Shown: positions 9,395 through 18,667 of the stretch, piece by piece
Position numbering within the stretch: the stretch's first letter is position 1
How the letters are laid out: each line of letters starts with the position of its first letter
Source: Thermoplasmata archaeon
GTDB taxonomy: Archaea > Thermoplasmatota > Thermoplasmata > Lutacidiplasmatales > UBA184
Direction of reading: 5' to 3'
Assembly (NCBI GenBank): GCA_028864975.1
Contig: JAGWLG010000032.1
Span: forward strand, 1 to 40,070
Length of the DNA: 40,070 bases
The notes under the pieces: generated by a model
Databases searched by the model: none
What the model was told of the DNA's origin: nothing
The model's input: only the letters and a program-made list of their open reading frames with translations
Made by a program: the position numbers and the translations under genes

Positions 9395-10387
9395 ATGCCC
9401 GCCCGCAAGCGAAGGGTCCCGACCAAGCGACACGGTACGCGCAACTTCATCCTCGAAGCCCTCGAGACGACGCGGAGTGGCCCAGCCGTCGCCACGGCGG
9501 CCATCATCCGGCAGGTCCGCAAGCTCGCGGGGAAGCGCCTCCCCGAGGAGACCATCCGCTCCTCGCTCAAGACCCTCGTCCGCCAGAGGGTCGTGAAGGG
9601 GCGCAAGAGCGGGCACGAAAAGGTGTACAAGCTCGTCGCGGAGGGGCAAACTGCCGCGGCGAGGCCGTCGCCCACCCCCCAGTCGCCGATCCGCGCAGGG
9701 GACGTTCCTGTCAGGGACCTCGTGTTCTCGACCCTCCGTGACGCGGGACCCCAGACCTTCGAGCGTCTCCGTTCCGCCGTCAGCGCCGCGAAGGGGAGGT
9801 CCATCCACCCGAACTCGGTCCGAAGGGCCTTGAGCGCGTTGCGGGGTGCCCAGAAGGTCCTGGCCGTGCGGGGCAAGGGCGGGGTGTTCCGCTACGCGCT
9901 GACGTCGGCGAAGGGGAGCGAGGCCGGGCGCTCCCCCGCTGCGCGCGGCCTCTTGGCTCGGACCCGCGGCGCGACCCCGGGCCCGTTCGCTGAGCTCCTT
10001 CCTCCCACGCGGCCTCCTCGGCCTGCCGGTGTCCCTCGTTCCTCCCGGACGCGGACCGCCCCGCCAACGGGGTCGGGCACGTTCGAGCCGTACACGGTCG
10101 TCCTCGAGCCCCGCCATCTGCGGTGGTTCCGTGCGCACGACGACATCGACATCGACGCGACCCTCCGCAATCTGGTGAACGGCGTCATCGCCGAGGTCGA
10201 CCGGGATGGCTCCTCACCCTGGACGGCCCCGACCCCGGTCTCATCGGCCCCGACCTCCGCTCCCCTCCCTCACCGCCTCTCGTTGGGCGAGGTCCTGGTC
10301 CTCGAGATCGGAGAGGACCACTTGGAGACGGCCACGAACGTGCATGGACGCGTGGTCCTCGAGCGGCACGCACGGCCGAGGGAGTGA
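9395..10387 (+). CDS. DNA-binding protein: 2 winged-HTH + RHH-like domain + conserved ~35-aa C-terminal module
   Basis: wHTH-like segments (ETIRSSLKTLVRQRVVKGRKSGHEKVYKL; NSVRRALSALRGAQKVLAVRGKGGVFRYAL). RHH-like YTVVLEPRHLRWFRAHDDIDIDATLRNLV. Tail GEVLVLEIGEDHLETATNVHGRVVLER. Confidence 0.8.
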   Translation: MPARKRRVPTKRHGTRNFILEALETTRSGPAVATAAIIRQVRKLAGKRLPEETIRSSLKTLVRQRVVKGRKSGHEKVYKLVAEGQTAAARPSPTPQSPIRAGDVPVRDLVFSTLRDAGPQTFERLRSAVSAAKGRSIHPNSVRRALSALRGAQKVLAVRGKGGVFRYALTSAKGSEAGRSPAARGLLARTRGATPGPFAELLPPTRPPRPAGVPRSSRTRTAPPTGSGTFEPYTVVLEPRHLRWFRAHDDIDIDATLRNLVNGVIAEVDRDGSSPWTAPTPVSSAPTSAPLPHRLSLGEVLVLEIGEDHLETATNVHGRVVLERHARPRE

Positions 10388-10399
10388 ACCGCGCGCCCC

Positions 10400-10924
10400 A
10401 TGAACGCGATGGCTGGGCGCAGGCCACATAGGCTGGTCCGTTTCAGCGTGACCATCTCCGGGGAGCAAGCGCGATGGCTTGCGCGCCATCCGATCCTCAA
10501 CGTGAGCGCCCTTCTGCGTCAGACGGTCGCCGGGCGCATCGCCGAATGGGACCGAGGGGTCTACGCTCCCCGCCACCGAACGAGAGCCCCCTTGGACGGA
10601 GGTGGGGTCCGTCTCAATACCACCCTGGACCGTCCGGGCTACGACTGGCTCCGCGCGCACCCGAAGATCAACGCGAGCGAGCTCCTCCGCGCGGCCATCG
10701 ACCGGCTCAGGGTGGGCGAGGGGCTTGAACCGGAGCTCTCGGCTCCCGCTTCGACCGGCGCGGACCGAGGGGGTGCGGCGGCTCCTCCGTCCAGGACCTG
10801 GGTCCCGCTGGAAGCTCTCGCCCCGGGTGAGGTCCTGGTCCTCTCCATCGGCGAGGGCCACGTAGAGACGGCCACGAACGTCCACGGGAAGGTCGTGATC
10901 GAGCGGCTTGCGCGGCCGCGGTAG
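10400..10924 (+). CDS. Tandem RHH-like protein with the same C-terminal module
   Basis: FSVTISGEQARWLARHPILNVSALLRQ and LNTTLDRPGYDWLRAHPKINASELLRA. Tail GEVLVLSIGEGHVETATNVHGKVVIER. Confidence 0.8.
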   Translation: MNAMAGRRPHRLVRFSVTISGEQARWLARHPILNVSALLRQTVAGRIAEWDRGVYAPRHRTRAPLDGGGVRLNTTLDRPGYDWLRAHPKINASELLRAAIDRLRVGEGLEPELSAPASTGADRGGAAAPPSRTWVPLEALAPGEVLVLSIGEGHVETATNVHGKVVIERLARPR

Positions 10925-10985
10925 TTTCGTGTGTCGATAGGTTTACGAGCCTCCTCCCGTAGTCCATCTCGTTTTTCGAGGGCTT

Positions 10986-11549
10986 GTGACGAACGGGGTT
11001 GGAGCAGGCGATGGATCGGACGCCCCCATTAGTCGAACCGACGAATGGAAGGAAGCACGCAACGTCATCGATACCGTAGACGGGCAGATTGCCTCACTCC
11101 GACAGTACGGTCTGAGCTTCGTCGCGGGCCTGCTGGCAGCGCAAGGTCTCATAGAGTTCCCCCTGAGCTCGGCCTCGGCGATCGTTCCTGACTCTGTCAA
11201 GCTCGGAATCCTGATCGCAAGCTTTGCCTTGATCCTTGGAATCTTCGACCTCGACAGGAAGGCACGAGACGTGCAGCGCGCGGCGGCGCACCGAGCTTGC
11301 ATGTTGGAGGGAAAGTATGGCCTCACGAAGCTCATCAGCGCCTCTTACGGCTCGAACGACGTCGTCACATCCGCAGACGTGCTGTACCTCATCTTCGTCT
11401 TCGGCACGACTGTGCTCGGCTTCGCCGTGCTCGGGCTGACCACACTCAACACTGACTACCGCCTAACGAGTCTCATTGCATCAGCAGCGGTTACCGGTGG
11501 CGCGGTCTATGTCTTCGGCCATGCGCATCCTCGCTGGAGAAGGAAATGA
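10986..11549 (+). CDS. ~4-TM membrane protein, unknown function
   Basis: Four hydrophobic segments separated by helical EW..AR..I..D and RA..LE motifs. Its stop overlaps the MBL gene start (ATGA at 11546-11549). Confidence 0.75.
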   Translation: MTNGVGAGDGSDAPISRTDEWKEARNVIDTVDGQIASLRQYGLSFVAGLLAAQGLIEFPLSSASAIVPDSVKLGILIASFALILGIFDLDRKARDVQRAAAHRACMLEGKYGLTKLISASYGSNDVVTSADVLYLIFVFGTTVLGFAVLGLTTLNTDYRLTSLIASAAVTGGAVYVFGHAHPRWRRK

Positions 11550-12853
11550 TGAATCGGATGGTCAACGCCCAGCTCGTCACGCACGGGGTGGGACAGGGGC
11601 TCTTCTACTCGGGCTCCGTCATGCCCCTGCATCATGAGGGGGAAGTCAACTTCGTCTACGACTGTGGCGTGCGTGACGACGGCAAGGGGCACCCAACCCT
11701 TGCGAGCACTATCTCGACATACAAGGGGACGTTGCCTCCCCGAGGGTCTGGCGGGAAGAAGCAACTGGACCTGCTGTTCATCTCTCACCTTCACGATGAC
11801 CACACGGCAGGACTACCGGAACTCCTCAAAGATGTCGAAACACGGTACCTGTTCCTTCCCTACTTGGCAGAGTGGGAGCGCGCACTGGTCTTCATGCAGA
11901 GCTCGGGAGGCGAGGCGTGGTTTCCTTCGTTCCTCGCGGACCCGGTGTTGTTCGCCACAACTGAACTTGGGGTCCGCTACGTGGTCTTGCTCACCGGGGC
12001 TGAACCGAAGGGAGGCAGGCCTGGGAGAGAGGACAACCCGGATCGGCCGCCTCAGGAGGATCTCGAGGGAAGTCTCGACAGAGCTGTGAGTATGCTCGAG
12101 GACGACCCGAACCGAGACCGCACTCTGGCGGGGGAGCGCGGGCTACCTCGATGGCAGTCTCTGAAGCTCGATCAACGGGTACTCCTGAAGACCGATTCGC
12201 GTCCCCTGCGTCTGCCCTACTGGCGATTCAAGTTCTTCTCCGCGCCTCCCAATCAAGGCGCACTGGCCCAGTTTCGGAATGATGTAAATGCCCTCCTCCG
12301 AGGGAGATCACTGGCAGACCTCCTGACCTCGCCTGCGGGCATCAAGGGCCTCGAGGCAGCCTACGAGAAGCTCTCGGACTCATCCAGGGAATTGCATTGG
12401 AAGGTCAACAATACTTCGCTCGTGACGTACCACGGCCCCAATAACCAGGCTCTGGGTGATGCCCACACTTCATGCTCCGGACCTAACTGCTGCAAGTTCG
12501 TCTCGGGCCCTTGCCTCGGAGGGAGTTTCGGTGAGCCCTTCGGCACACTCCTGACCGGAGATCTTCACTTCCTGTACTCTGACCTCTACTTGCAGCAGAT
12601 GACTCACTTTGCATCCGAGCAGCGTCTGATCTCCACGTTGCTCATGCCGCATCACGGGGCCAGGAGCTCGTGGAACCCCAGGCTCTTACAGGACCTTCCC
12701 AATCTCAAGCAGGTCATCGCCTCCGCGAGCGTCCATAGCAGGTACGGACACCCATCCGCGGGGCCGATTCAAGACGTGATCCAGGCGGGACGAGACTACT
12801 ACTGGTCGAGACAGCAGCATGACGTTCGAGTGGATATGCACCTGAGGGTCTGA
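11546..12853 (+). CDS. Metallo-beta-lactamase-fold hydrolase (ComEC/Rec2-like; putative nuclease/phosphodiesterase)
   Basis: VGQG, YDCG, SHLHDDH (HxHxDH), LLTGD, PHHG and YGHP motifs. Confidence 0.9.
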   Translation: MMNRMVNAQLVTHGVGQGLFYSGSVMPLHHEGEVNFVYDCGVRDDGKGHPTLASTISTYKGTLPPRGSGGKKQLDLLFISHLHDDHTAGLPELLKDVETRYLFLPYLAEWERALVFMQSSGGEAWFPSFLADPVLFATTELGVRYVVLLTGAEPKGGRPGREDNPDRPPQEDLEGSLDRAVSMLEDDPNRDRTLAGERGLPRWQSLKLDQRVLLKTDSRPLRLPYWRFKFFSAPPNQGALAQFRNDVNALLRGRSLADLLTSPAGIKGLEAAYEKLSDSSRELHWKVNNTSLVTYHGPNNQALGDAHTSCSGPNCCKFVSGPCLGGSFGEPFGTLLTGDLHFLYSDLYLQQMTHFASEQRLISTLLMPHHGARSSWNPRLLQDLPNLKQVIASASVHSRYGHPSAGPIQDVIQAGRDYYWSRQQHDVRVDMHLRV

Positions 12854-12915
12854 CCCGGCTGGACGTTCTGGTCCTGGTCGAAGGGCACGACAAGAGAACG
12901 CGCAAAGGGTGAAGG

Positions 12916-13710
12916 ATGTCGCTCGACCGGAAGCTCCCCGCCTACCGCGCCGTCGAGACCCTCCTCGCCGGTGATGCGGAGGGGCTCCAGTTCACGCTGA
13001 ACCATGTGGTGGACCAGGCCCGCGCGGCGGGCGCGGGACTGGTCACGGACATCGGGCTGGACCGGGCCGTCGAGGGACTTCGCTGCCCGGACCGCGAAAA
13101 GGCCCTCGTGCGGCTGGCCTTCTTCCTGTGGGACGGCTCGTACCCAATCGACCAGCAAGACCTCGACCTTCTGACCCGCGCCGACCGCGAGAGGTTCCTC
13201 GCCGCCCTGGCGACCCACCTCGGCCTCCCTTGGGTCGCCCCGAAACCCCCGGCCCCCGAGTGGAGGAAGGAGAGCGAGGAGTTCCTCGCGCGCCAGAGGG
13301 ACTCGTTCAAGGACCTCCCCGACCATCTCAAGGGCGTTGGCGAGGGGCTGACCGCCACCGGCGCCGCCATCATCCAGCAGGGGTTCGACCCGGCCACGAG
13401 GCGGCTCCTCACGGGCGACATGATGGCCGCCTTGAGCCGGGCCGGCATCGACCCCAAGCGCCCCACGAACCGCGCGGAGGCCAACGCCATGACCGCCTAC
13501 TGCTTCGGCAACGGGCGACTCGAGGACCTCCGGGCAAAGGGCAAGGCCCTCGGCTCGCGCGAGGTCCGCTCCCTCATGGCTGACGCGGCCCCCCGCGTCG
13601 CGGCCTGGCTCCGCGTCCGCGAAGCGGCGATGCGCCACGGCCCCGAGGCCTGGTGGGCATGGGTGAACGCCTACGCGAAGCTCCACTGCCAGGGGTGGGC
13701 ACGGAAGTGA
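12916..13710 (+). CDS. Hypothetical protein
   Basis: GGTGA SD upstream, host-like codon bias, and a conserved-looking EANAMTAYCFGNGRLEDL segment. Confidence 0.75.
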   Translation: MSLDRKLPAYRAVETLLAGDAEGLQFTLNHVVDQARAAGAGLVTDIGLDRAVEGLRCPDREKALVRLAFFLWDGSYPIDQQDLDLLTRADRERFLAALATHLGLPWVAPKPPAPEWRKESEEFLARQRDSFKDLPDHLKGVGEGLTATGAAIIQQGFDPATRRLLTGDMMAALSRAGIDPKRPTNRAEANAMTAYCFGNGRLEDLRAKGKALGSREVRSLMADAAPRVAAWLRVREAAMRHGPEAWWAWVNAYAKLHCQGWARK

Positions 13711-13742
13711 CCGCATCCAGCCCTCGCGACCTCAGGTAGGCG

Positions 13743-14414
13743 ATGGCTCGCGCCCCCGCGCCCCGACTGGTGCAGGGCCTCCCGGTTTGGCACTCCCGCG
13801 AGCGGGAAGGCTACTGGAATCCCGAGTACGGCGAGGTGGAGCTCCCGGAGGGGTGGGTCTTCCTGCCCTCGGGGGACGCCTTCGTCACCCGCCAGGCGAA
13901 GAAGGGCCCGCACTGGGTCCTTCTGAAGAGGAGGAAGGGCTACACGGCGACGCTGGGCGTCTTCTGCCCAGAGGAGAGCGTCCAGCAGGCCGAGGCGAAG
14001 GCTGCCGAGACCGAGGGCTCGAGAGCGGCTCGGCGGGAGGTCGGGAAGCGCACTCGCGCTCGAGCGGAAGAGCGCTATCGGGCCGAGCTTGAGCAGGAGA
14101 TCCTCGCCTTCCTCGAGTTCGCCCCGGAGCACGCTCTCCTCGCCAGGGAGATCGCGAAGGGGGCCGCCGCGCGGGCGACCCCGGTCGGGAGCGGCCGGGT
14201 GGGCAGGACCAGGACGTTGCCCCTGTCGAAGAGGGCCGAGTTCGCGGCTCGAGCCTACATCCGCCACAAGCACACGAACTACGAGGCGGACCTGTGGAGG
14301 GCTTCGGGGGAGAACCCCACGGTCGACCTGGACCCGAGAGACCCCCTATATCGTGAGATCAAAGGGGAGGCCCAGAGAGCCGTCGACAGGTTCCTGGCAG
14401 AGCATCGAGGCTGA
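13743..14414 (+). CDS. DUF2293-like protein
   Basis: PEGWVFLPSGDAFVTRQAK, LGVFCP, GSGRVGRT and AARAYIRHKHTNYE motifs as I recall them for DUF2293. Confidence 0.75.
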   Translation: MARAPAPRLVQGLPVWHSREREGYWNPEYGEVELPEGWVFLPSGDAFVTRQAKKGPHWVLLKRRKGYTATLGVFCPEESVQQAEAKAAETEGSRAARREVGKRTRARAEERYRAELEQEILAFLEFAPEHALLAREIAKGAAARATPVGSGRVGRTRTLPLSKRAEFAARAYIRHKHTNYEADLWRASGENPTVDLDPRDPLYREIKGEAQRAVDRFLAEHRG

Positions 14415-14448
14415 CCACAGGAGCGGGGGGACCGAACCCGGGGGTCCC

Positions 14449-14934
14449 TCACGACGGCGCGGCGATCTCTGCGAAGTGGGTGAGGGTCCGATTGGCGAGC
14501 ATCTCGATCCCCCGGACCCCCATCTCCGAATCCTCATCGAGGACGGGAGGGAGCCCTTCGAGGATCAGCGCGTGCTTTCCTCGCTGGTCCGTCCGAAGCA
14601 GCAGGGTCAGCAGGCCTGGCGGAAGACAGAGGGCACCTAGCACGGGGCTGTAGTCCATTCCCGGGGAGAACAGGTCGCCCATCCCTCGCGCCGCGGCCCG
14701 AACGACGCTCGCCAAGGGTCGCAACGTCCACTGGCGGAACCGGGGAACGGACCTCAGGAATCGCGGGTCGGCGACGGCCGACCGGCAAGCCGTCTCGGTC
14801 CCGAGGAACAGCACCTGTCTCCCCTTCGCTTGGAACGTGGACGCGAGCCACGCTCTGGTGGAGGGTGAGGACGCAGGAGGATGGGGCCGTCGGACCGAGC
14901 CGTGGGGAGAAAGGGTGGCGCCTGCGCTGCTCAT
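14449..14934 (-). CDS. Hypothetical protein
   Basis: Protein-like composition from MSSAG (ATG 14934) onward. The upstream extension in the ORF track overlaps the divergent gene's promoter and start. Confidence 0.5.
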   Translation of the reverse strand: MSSAGATLSPHGSVRRPHPPASSPSTRAWLASTFQAKGRQVLFLGTETACRSAVADPRFLRSVPRFRQWTLRPLASVVRAAARGMGDLFSPGMDYSPVLGALCLPPGLLTLLLRTDQRGKHALILEGLPPVLDEDSEMGVRGIEMLANRTLTHFAEIAAPS

Positions 14935-15082
14935 GTTCGCCCTCCGCCCCTGGCAGCGGGGCGCTTCCGGTCGGGTGGAGTCCGAAAGCATGGCTCTCGC
15001 CCCGCCCGGAAGCACCACCCCAGCGATGGCACAAAGGCATAGCTGGCTTGTGGGGCAAAACTCTACCACGCTGGCCCGTGTC

Positions 15083-15097
15083 AAGAGACGGTTAATC
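15083..15097 (+). promoter_or_regulatory. Archaeal BRE/TATA-like promoter
   Basis: Purine-rich AAGAGA followed by GGTTAATC, about 30 nt upstream of ATG 15126 (leaderless geometry). Confidence 0.5.
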
Positions 15098-15125
15098 TGA
15101 ATACCCGCGAGGATACTGGACGCCG

Positions 15126-15962
15126 ATGAGCGATGGACCTGCTTCCGTGAACGCTTCCCGATCCTGGCTTCCCCGAGGGTGGCTCTTCGCCTTGCTGGGT
15201 CTCCTGCTGCTCGCGACCCTCTCCACGACGGCTCCGCTCGCAAGGGCCGGTTCGCCCAACTACTGCAACTTCGGCGGCAACGAGACCCATGTCTGGTGCG
15301 GCGGGGACTTCACGACCTCTTCCTGGAGCAACGGTTGGACCACTACCTACGCCAACCAGGCCGCTTGCTACAGTGCGAACTCGAACTCCTACAGCGATAG
15401 CGTCTCAGGCGGAGGACTGTACGCGAAGGCCTCCACACGGGCCGACGAGTCGAGCAGCTGCTCAACGAACGTAGGGGAGATCTATCTCAACATCGGCACC
15501 CACGGCGGCCAGTTCACGGCCTGGAAGGCAGGGAGCGCGACCTACACCGTCGTAACGAACTTCACGTTCAACGACGAGTTCAGCATCGGAACCTACTGCC
15601 AGGTCTCGGGGTCGCCGTACACCACCGCACAGATCCAAGCCGCCACGGCAATGTACGACCAGACGACTGGTCACGGCGTAGGCTGGTCCTCGAACGGAGA
15701 TTTCAGCAATACGACCATCAATGGCTGGTGCAATCAAAGCTCGGCTCCTGTGGAGAACGGGGGCGGCAAGCAAGCGAGCTTCACCACCAGCGTCTCCATC
15801 GCATATGGCGATGTGCTCCTCCCCCGAGGGAGCGTGGACGCCGAGGTCTACGTCAGCATGCCAGGGGTCTCCCCCTACTATTCGGCGCACGCCTATTCGA
15901 CGCTCGACTTTGACAACGACGGATATGGTTACATCACGATCAACTCGATCTGGGTTCACTGA
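15126..15962 (+). CDS. Secreted beta-rich protein (S/T/G/N-rich, 6 Cys), no anchor
   Basis: Signal peptide WLFALLGLLLLATLSTTAPLARA followed by a polar beta-strand-like mature region. Confidence 0.85.
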   Translation: MSDGPASVNASRSWLPRGWLFALLGLLLLATLSTTAPLARAGSPNYCNFGGNETHVWCGGDFTTSSWSNGWTTTYANQAACYSANSNSYSDSVSGGGLYAKASTRADESSSCSTNVGEIYLNIGTHGGQFTAWKAGSATYTVVTNFTFNDEFSIGTYCQVSGSPYTTAQIQAATAMYDQTTGHGVGWSSNGDFSNTTINGWCNQSSAPVENGGGKQASFTTSVSIAYGDVLLPRGSVDAEVYVSMPGVSPYYSAHAYSTLDFDNDGYGYITINSIWVH

Positions 15963-15982
15963 TTGAGCTCGGAGCTCCGGGG

Positions 15983-17140
15983 ATGGCATGTTCCTCGGTC
16001 GAGAAACGCACCATAAGAGGCATCAACCCGCGGCCTCGTCACGTTCACATGGGGCGAAACTCCCTGGCGTCCAGGGACCTCGTGGTTAGGGCTAGCAGGC
16101 TCTGGCCTGTTCACCACCCAGCATTTGCGTCGCAATCCGCGTGTTTCATCGTCCTTGCCAGCCTCGCTATGCCATCCGGTCTGAGTGTGGGCTCACCGCT
16201 CTCCTCCTCGCCATGCTCCGGAGAGGTCTGTGCCACCAACCTCGCCGGGCTATGGGTGAACGCGAGCACATCCAGCACCACCTTATCGGTAGCCGACTCA
16301 TTCTCCGGGCACTCGCTTCTGATGCCGATGGGCCTCGCGTCCATTGCAGAGGTGCAACCCTCCGGCCAGGTGGTCGCACTTGCGAACATGAGCAATCTGT
16401 CGAGAGAGAGCTACCGCTTCCTCCCCTCCCCGAGCGAGACGATACTAGAGATGTACTACGCGGCGAGCCCGACCAACGCGACCGGTGTGTGGACCCCCGA
16501 CGCCACCCATCTCGGCCCGGGGCCTTCCCACATCAGCGGGAGCGGCCCCGCGCTCGGAACGGTCGCCGTTTCTTTCGTCTTCCACCTACGTAACGACACC
16601 GCGAACTTGACCCAGGTCAAGTTCGACGTGAACGAGACGGGCTGGCCTTGGGTGAACACGAATGACCGCCTCGGCGTGGAACTCGACACGTTCGCTCCGC
16701 TTGACTCGAGCTTCTCGTTCGCCTCCTCGACCTCGAGCCTCGTGGAATCGACCACGTCGGGGAACTCCCAGGAGGCCTCCCTGGTCCTGGGGGCTTCTGC
16801 CGCCGTGGCGTCCGGCGGCTCGGGGACCCTCGGCGTCTCGACCCAGGCCGGCATCTTCTCCGTGGGCGGCCAGAACGACGTGGCGGCGTTGCTCCTCACC
16901 TTTTCGGGCCCAGGAGGCTACGCGGGCCTCTCCTACGACCCCTGGGTCATCTTCCACCCCGGCCCCGCCTCGGTCCCCGTCTCCCCTCCGCTCTCCTTGA
17001 CCACGTGGGTCGCGATCATCGCTGTGGTCGCCATCGCGGTGGTCATGGGCGCCTTCGGTCTCTATGTTCGCCGCAAACCCATCGAAGAGGGGCTCTCCCC
17101 GGTCGCCGACACGGACCGTCGGACCCGCGCGTGGGCGTGA
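15983..17140 (+). CDS. Membrane-anchored secreted protein
   Basis: N-terminal hydrophobic segment, S/T-rich body with KFDVNETGWPWVNTNDRLGVEL, and C-terminal TM + RRK. The start may be ATG 16049. Confidence 0.8.
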   Translation: MACSSVEKRTIRGINPRPRHVHMGRNSLASRDLVVRASRLWPVHHPAFASQSACFIVLASLAMPSGLSVGSPLSSSPCSGEVCATNLAGLWVNASTSSTTLSVADSFSGHSLLMPMGLASIAEVQPSGQVVALANMSNLSRESYRFLPSPSETILEMYYAASPTNATGVWTPDATHLGPGPSHISGSGPALGTVAVSFVFHLRNDTANLTQVKFDVNETGWPWVNTNDRLGVELDTFAPLDSSFSFASSTSSLVESTTSGNSQEASLVLGASAAVASGGSGTLGVSTQAGIFSVGGQNDVAALLLTFSGPGGYAGLSYDPWVIFHPGPASVPVSPPLSLTTWVAIIAVVAIAVVMGAFGLYVRRKPIEEGLSPVADTDRRTRAWA

Positions 17141-17162
17141 GGGGCCCGCGGGGCGGTGGGTC

Positions 17163-17678
17163 CTACTCTTTCATGAGACCGCCAAGGAGAGAGGCGACGC
17201 TATCGGTCACGCGGGCCTCGGAGGGTTCGAGGTACATCCTGGAGACCCGAAGGACAAGGTCGCTCTTCGGGACCCGATAGACGTGCGACGGGGCTCTCGG
17301 AACCTTCTCGACGAGTCCCCGGGCCAGCAGGGTCCGAAGATGCCACGCGACGGCGTGCTTCGGCTCCCCCGACTCCTTCGCGAGCCTGGCGAAGGAGAGG
17401 TCTCCCTTCCGCGCGAGCGCCACGAGGATCGCTCGGCGTGCGCCGCTCTGCATGGCCCCGATGAGAGGTTCCGCTTCCTCCGGGAAGTCGATGTCGAAGT
17501 AGTGATGGCGGTTCCCTTGGTGCTGGACCCGGAGCAGCCCCTCACTCACCAGCCGCTCCAAGTGGTGGGCGGCCTGTCCGGAGCCCATCGAGAGCGCTCG
17601 CTGAATGGTTCGGGCGCCCACCGCGGGGTGGGTTCGGACGAACTCCAGAATGAGCTGTCGGACGGGAGAAGCGGTCAA
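17163..17678 (-). CDS. Double winged-HTH transcriptional regulator (ArsR-like)
   Basis: GQAAHHLERLVSEGLL..GNRHHYF and AVAWHLRTLLARGLVEK..HVY. Confidence 0.85.
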   Translation of the reverse strand: MTASPVRQLILEFVRTHPAVGARTIQRALSMGSGQAAHHLERLVSEGLLRVQHQGNRHHYFDIDFPEEAEPLIGAMQSGARRAILVALARKGDLSFARLAKESGEPKHAVAWHLRTLLARGLVEKVPRAPSHVYRVPKSDLVLRVSRMYLEPSEARVTDSVASLLGGLMKE

Positions 17679-17980
17679 GTCTCGGAAGAGGGCTCACGCT
17701 CTCGGTCGTGGCGACCGGCGACGAGCGAGAGATAGAAGATCGCCTCGGCGACGACCAGGAGGGCGGCCGGTGTCGCCGTGAGGTCCGCGTCGGGGATGCT
17801 GCCGCTCCAGAGGAGGTCCGCGAGACCGACGGCTCCGATCGCGCCCAGTACCGCGAGCGAGACCCCCACGGCGTAGAACCTGGGCTCGCGGTATCTCGCG
17901 GCGGTCGCGAGGGTCACGGCCGCAGCGACCGCGCCGAAGGCGATCACCGCGACGTCGAGGACGGTTCGGAGCGGGTCCAT
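17675..17980 (-). CDS. Small 3-TM membrane protein coupled to the wHTH gene
   Basis: Three hydrophobic helices; 4-nt overlap with the wHTH start. Confidence 0.8.
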   Translation of the reverse strand: MDPLRTVLDVAVIAFGAVAAAVTLATAARYREPRFYAVGVSLAVLGAIGAVGLADLLWSGSIPDADLTATPAALLVVAEAIFYLSLVAGRHDREREPSSET

Positions 17981-18206
17981 GCCGACCTGCCCTCCCTACG
18001 CGGAGGCTCCAGGCGAGGTCAGGGGGAGTCCTCTCGGGGGGGAGGGCTCTCGTGGGTCCAGCGACCATCGTACTTTATGAATGACTTGGAGCAATTCTCC
18101 ACCTGTGCCGGCTCCCCTTTCGCTGGGGCCATCACCCCCCGAACGCAGCGCCGCCGTCATGGCGGCACGGCAGTTCTGTGAACGCTCGCTGAGCATCGGT
18201 TCCCCC

Positions 18207-18413
18207 TCACGACCTCCTCGACGGGCGCTGCACTTTGGTCACGGTCACCCTCCCGGACGCGGTCTCCGCGACCCAGTGGAGGGCGTCCCCCGGCTGGAGC
18301 TCCATGAAGGTCACGATGATCCCGGGGACGGCGACCCGCAGCGCCCTCGACCTCTTCGACTTCGGCACGGCCTTGTGGCAGACGGTGGTCCCCTCGAACG
18401 TCCTCGGCGGCAT
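18207..18413 (-). CDS. AbrB/MazE/SpoVT-family DNA-binding protein
   Basis: SRALRVAVPGIIVTFMELQPGDALHW matches the AbrB pattern. Start taken at ATG 18413 (MPPRT). Confidence 0.75.
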   Translation of the reverse strand: MPPRTFEGTTVCHKAVPKSKRSRALRVAVPGIIVTFMELQPGDALHWVAETASGRVTVTKVQRPSRRS

Positions 18414-18466
18414 CCGTCGCCGACCCACGCATGGGCCTTTGAATGTGTGAGAATGTAGGTAGAAGC

Positions 18467-18667
18467 ATGTACTCACAGCAGCGGTCCGTCGTCTGGGACT
18501 TCGAGCGCTTCACCGAGGTGAAGCGCCGGGGGCGCCGCGAGGTCTGCTTCTTCTGCGAGTCGGCGAGGCCGGTCGACTGCCTCGTCTCTTCCGCGTCGGG
18601 ACGCCTCATCCACACCTGCCACTCGTGCTCGAGGTTCCTTCTCACGACGAACGTGGTCTTCCACTGA
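18467..18667 (+). CDS. Small CxxC-x20-CxxC zinc-finger protein
   Basis: CFFC...CHSC. A homologous copy lies at 26243-26432. Confidence 0.75.
   Translation: MYSQQRSVVWDFERFTEVKRRGRREVCFFCESARPVDCLVSSASGRLIHTCHSCSRFLLTTNVVFH

Noticed and set aside
11546-12853. Calling the MBL gene comEC or a beta-lactamase
   Set aside because: No multi-TM Competence domain and no signal peptide. Only the fold-level motifs are supported.
18207-18667. AbrB + Zn-finger genes as a type II toxin-antitoxin pair
   Set aside because: The genes are divergent rather than co-transcribed, and there is no PIN/MazF-like partner.
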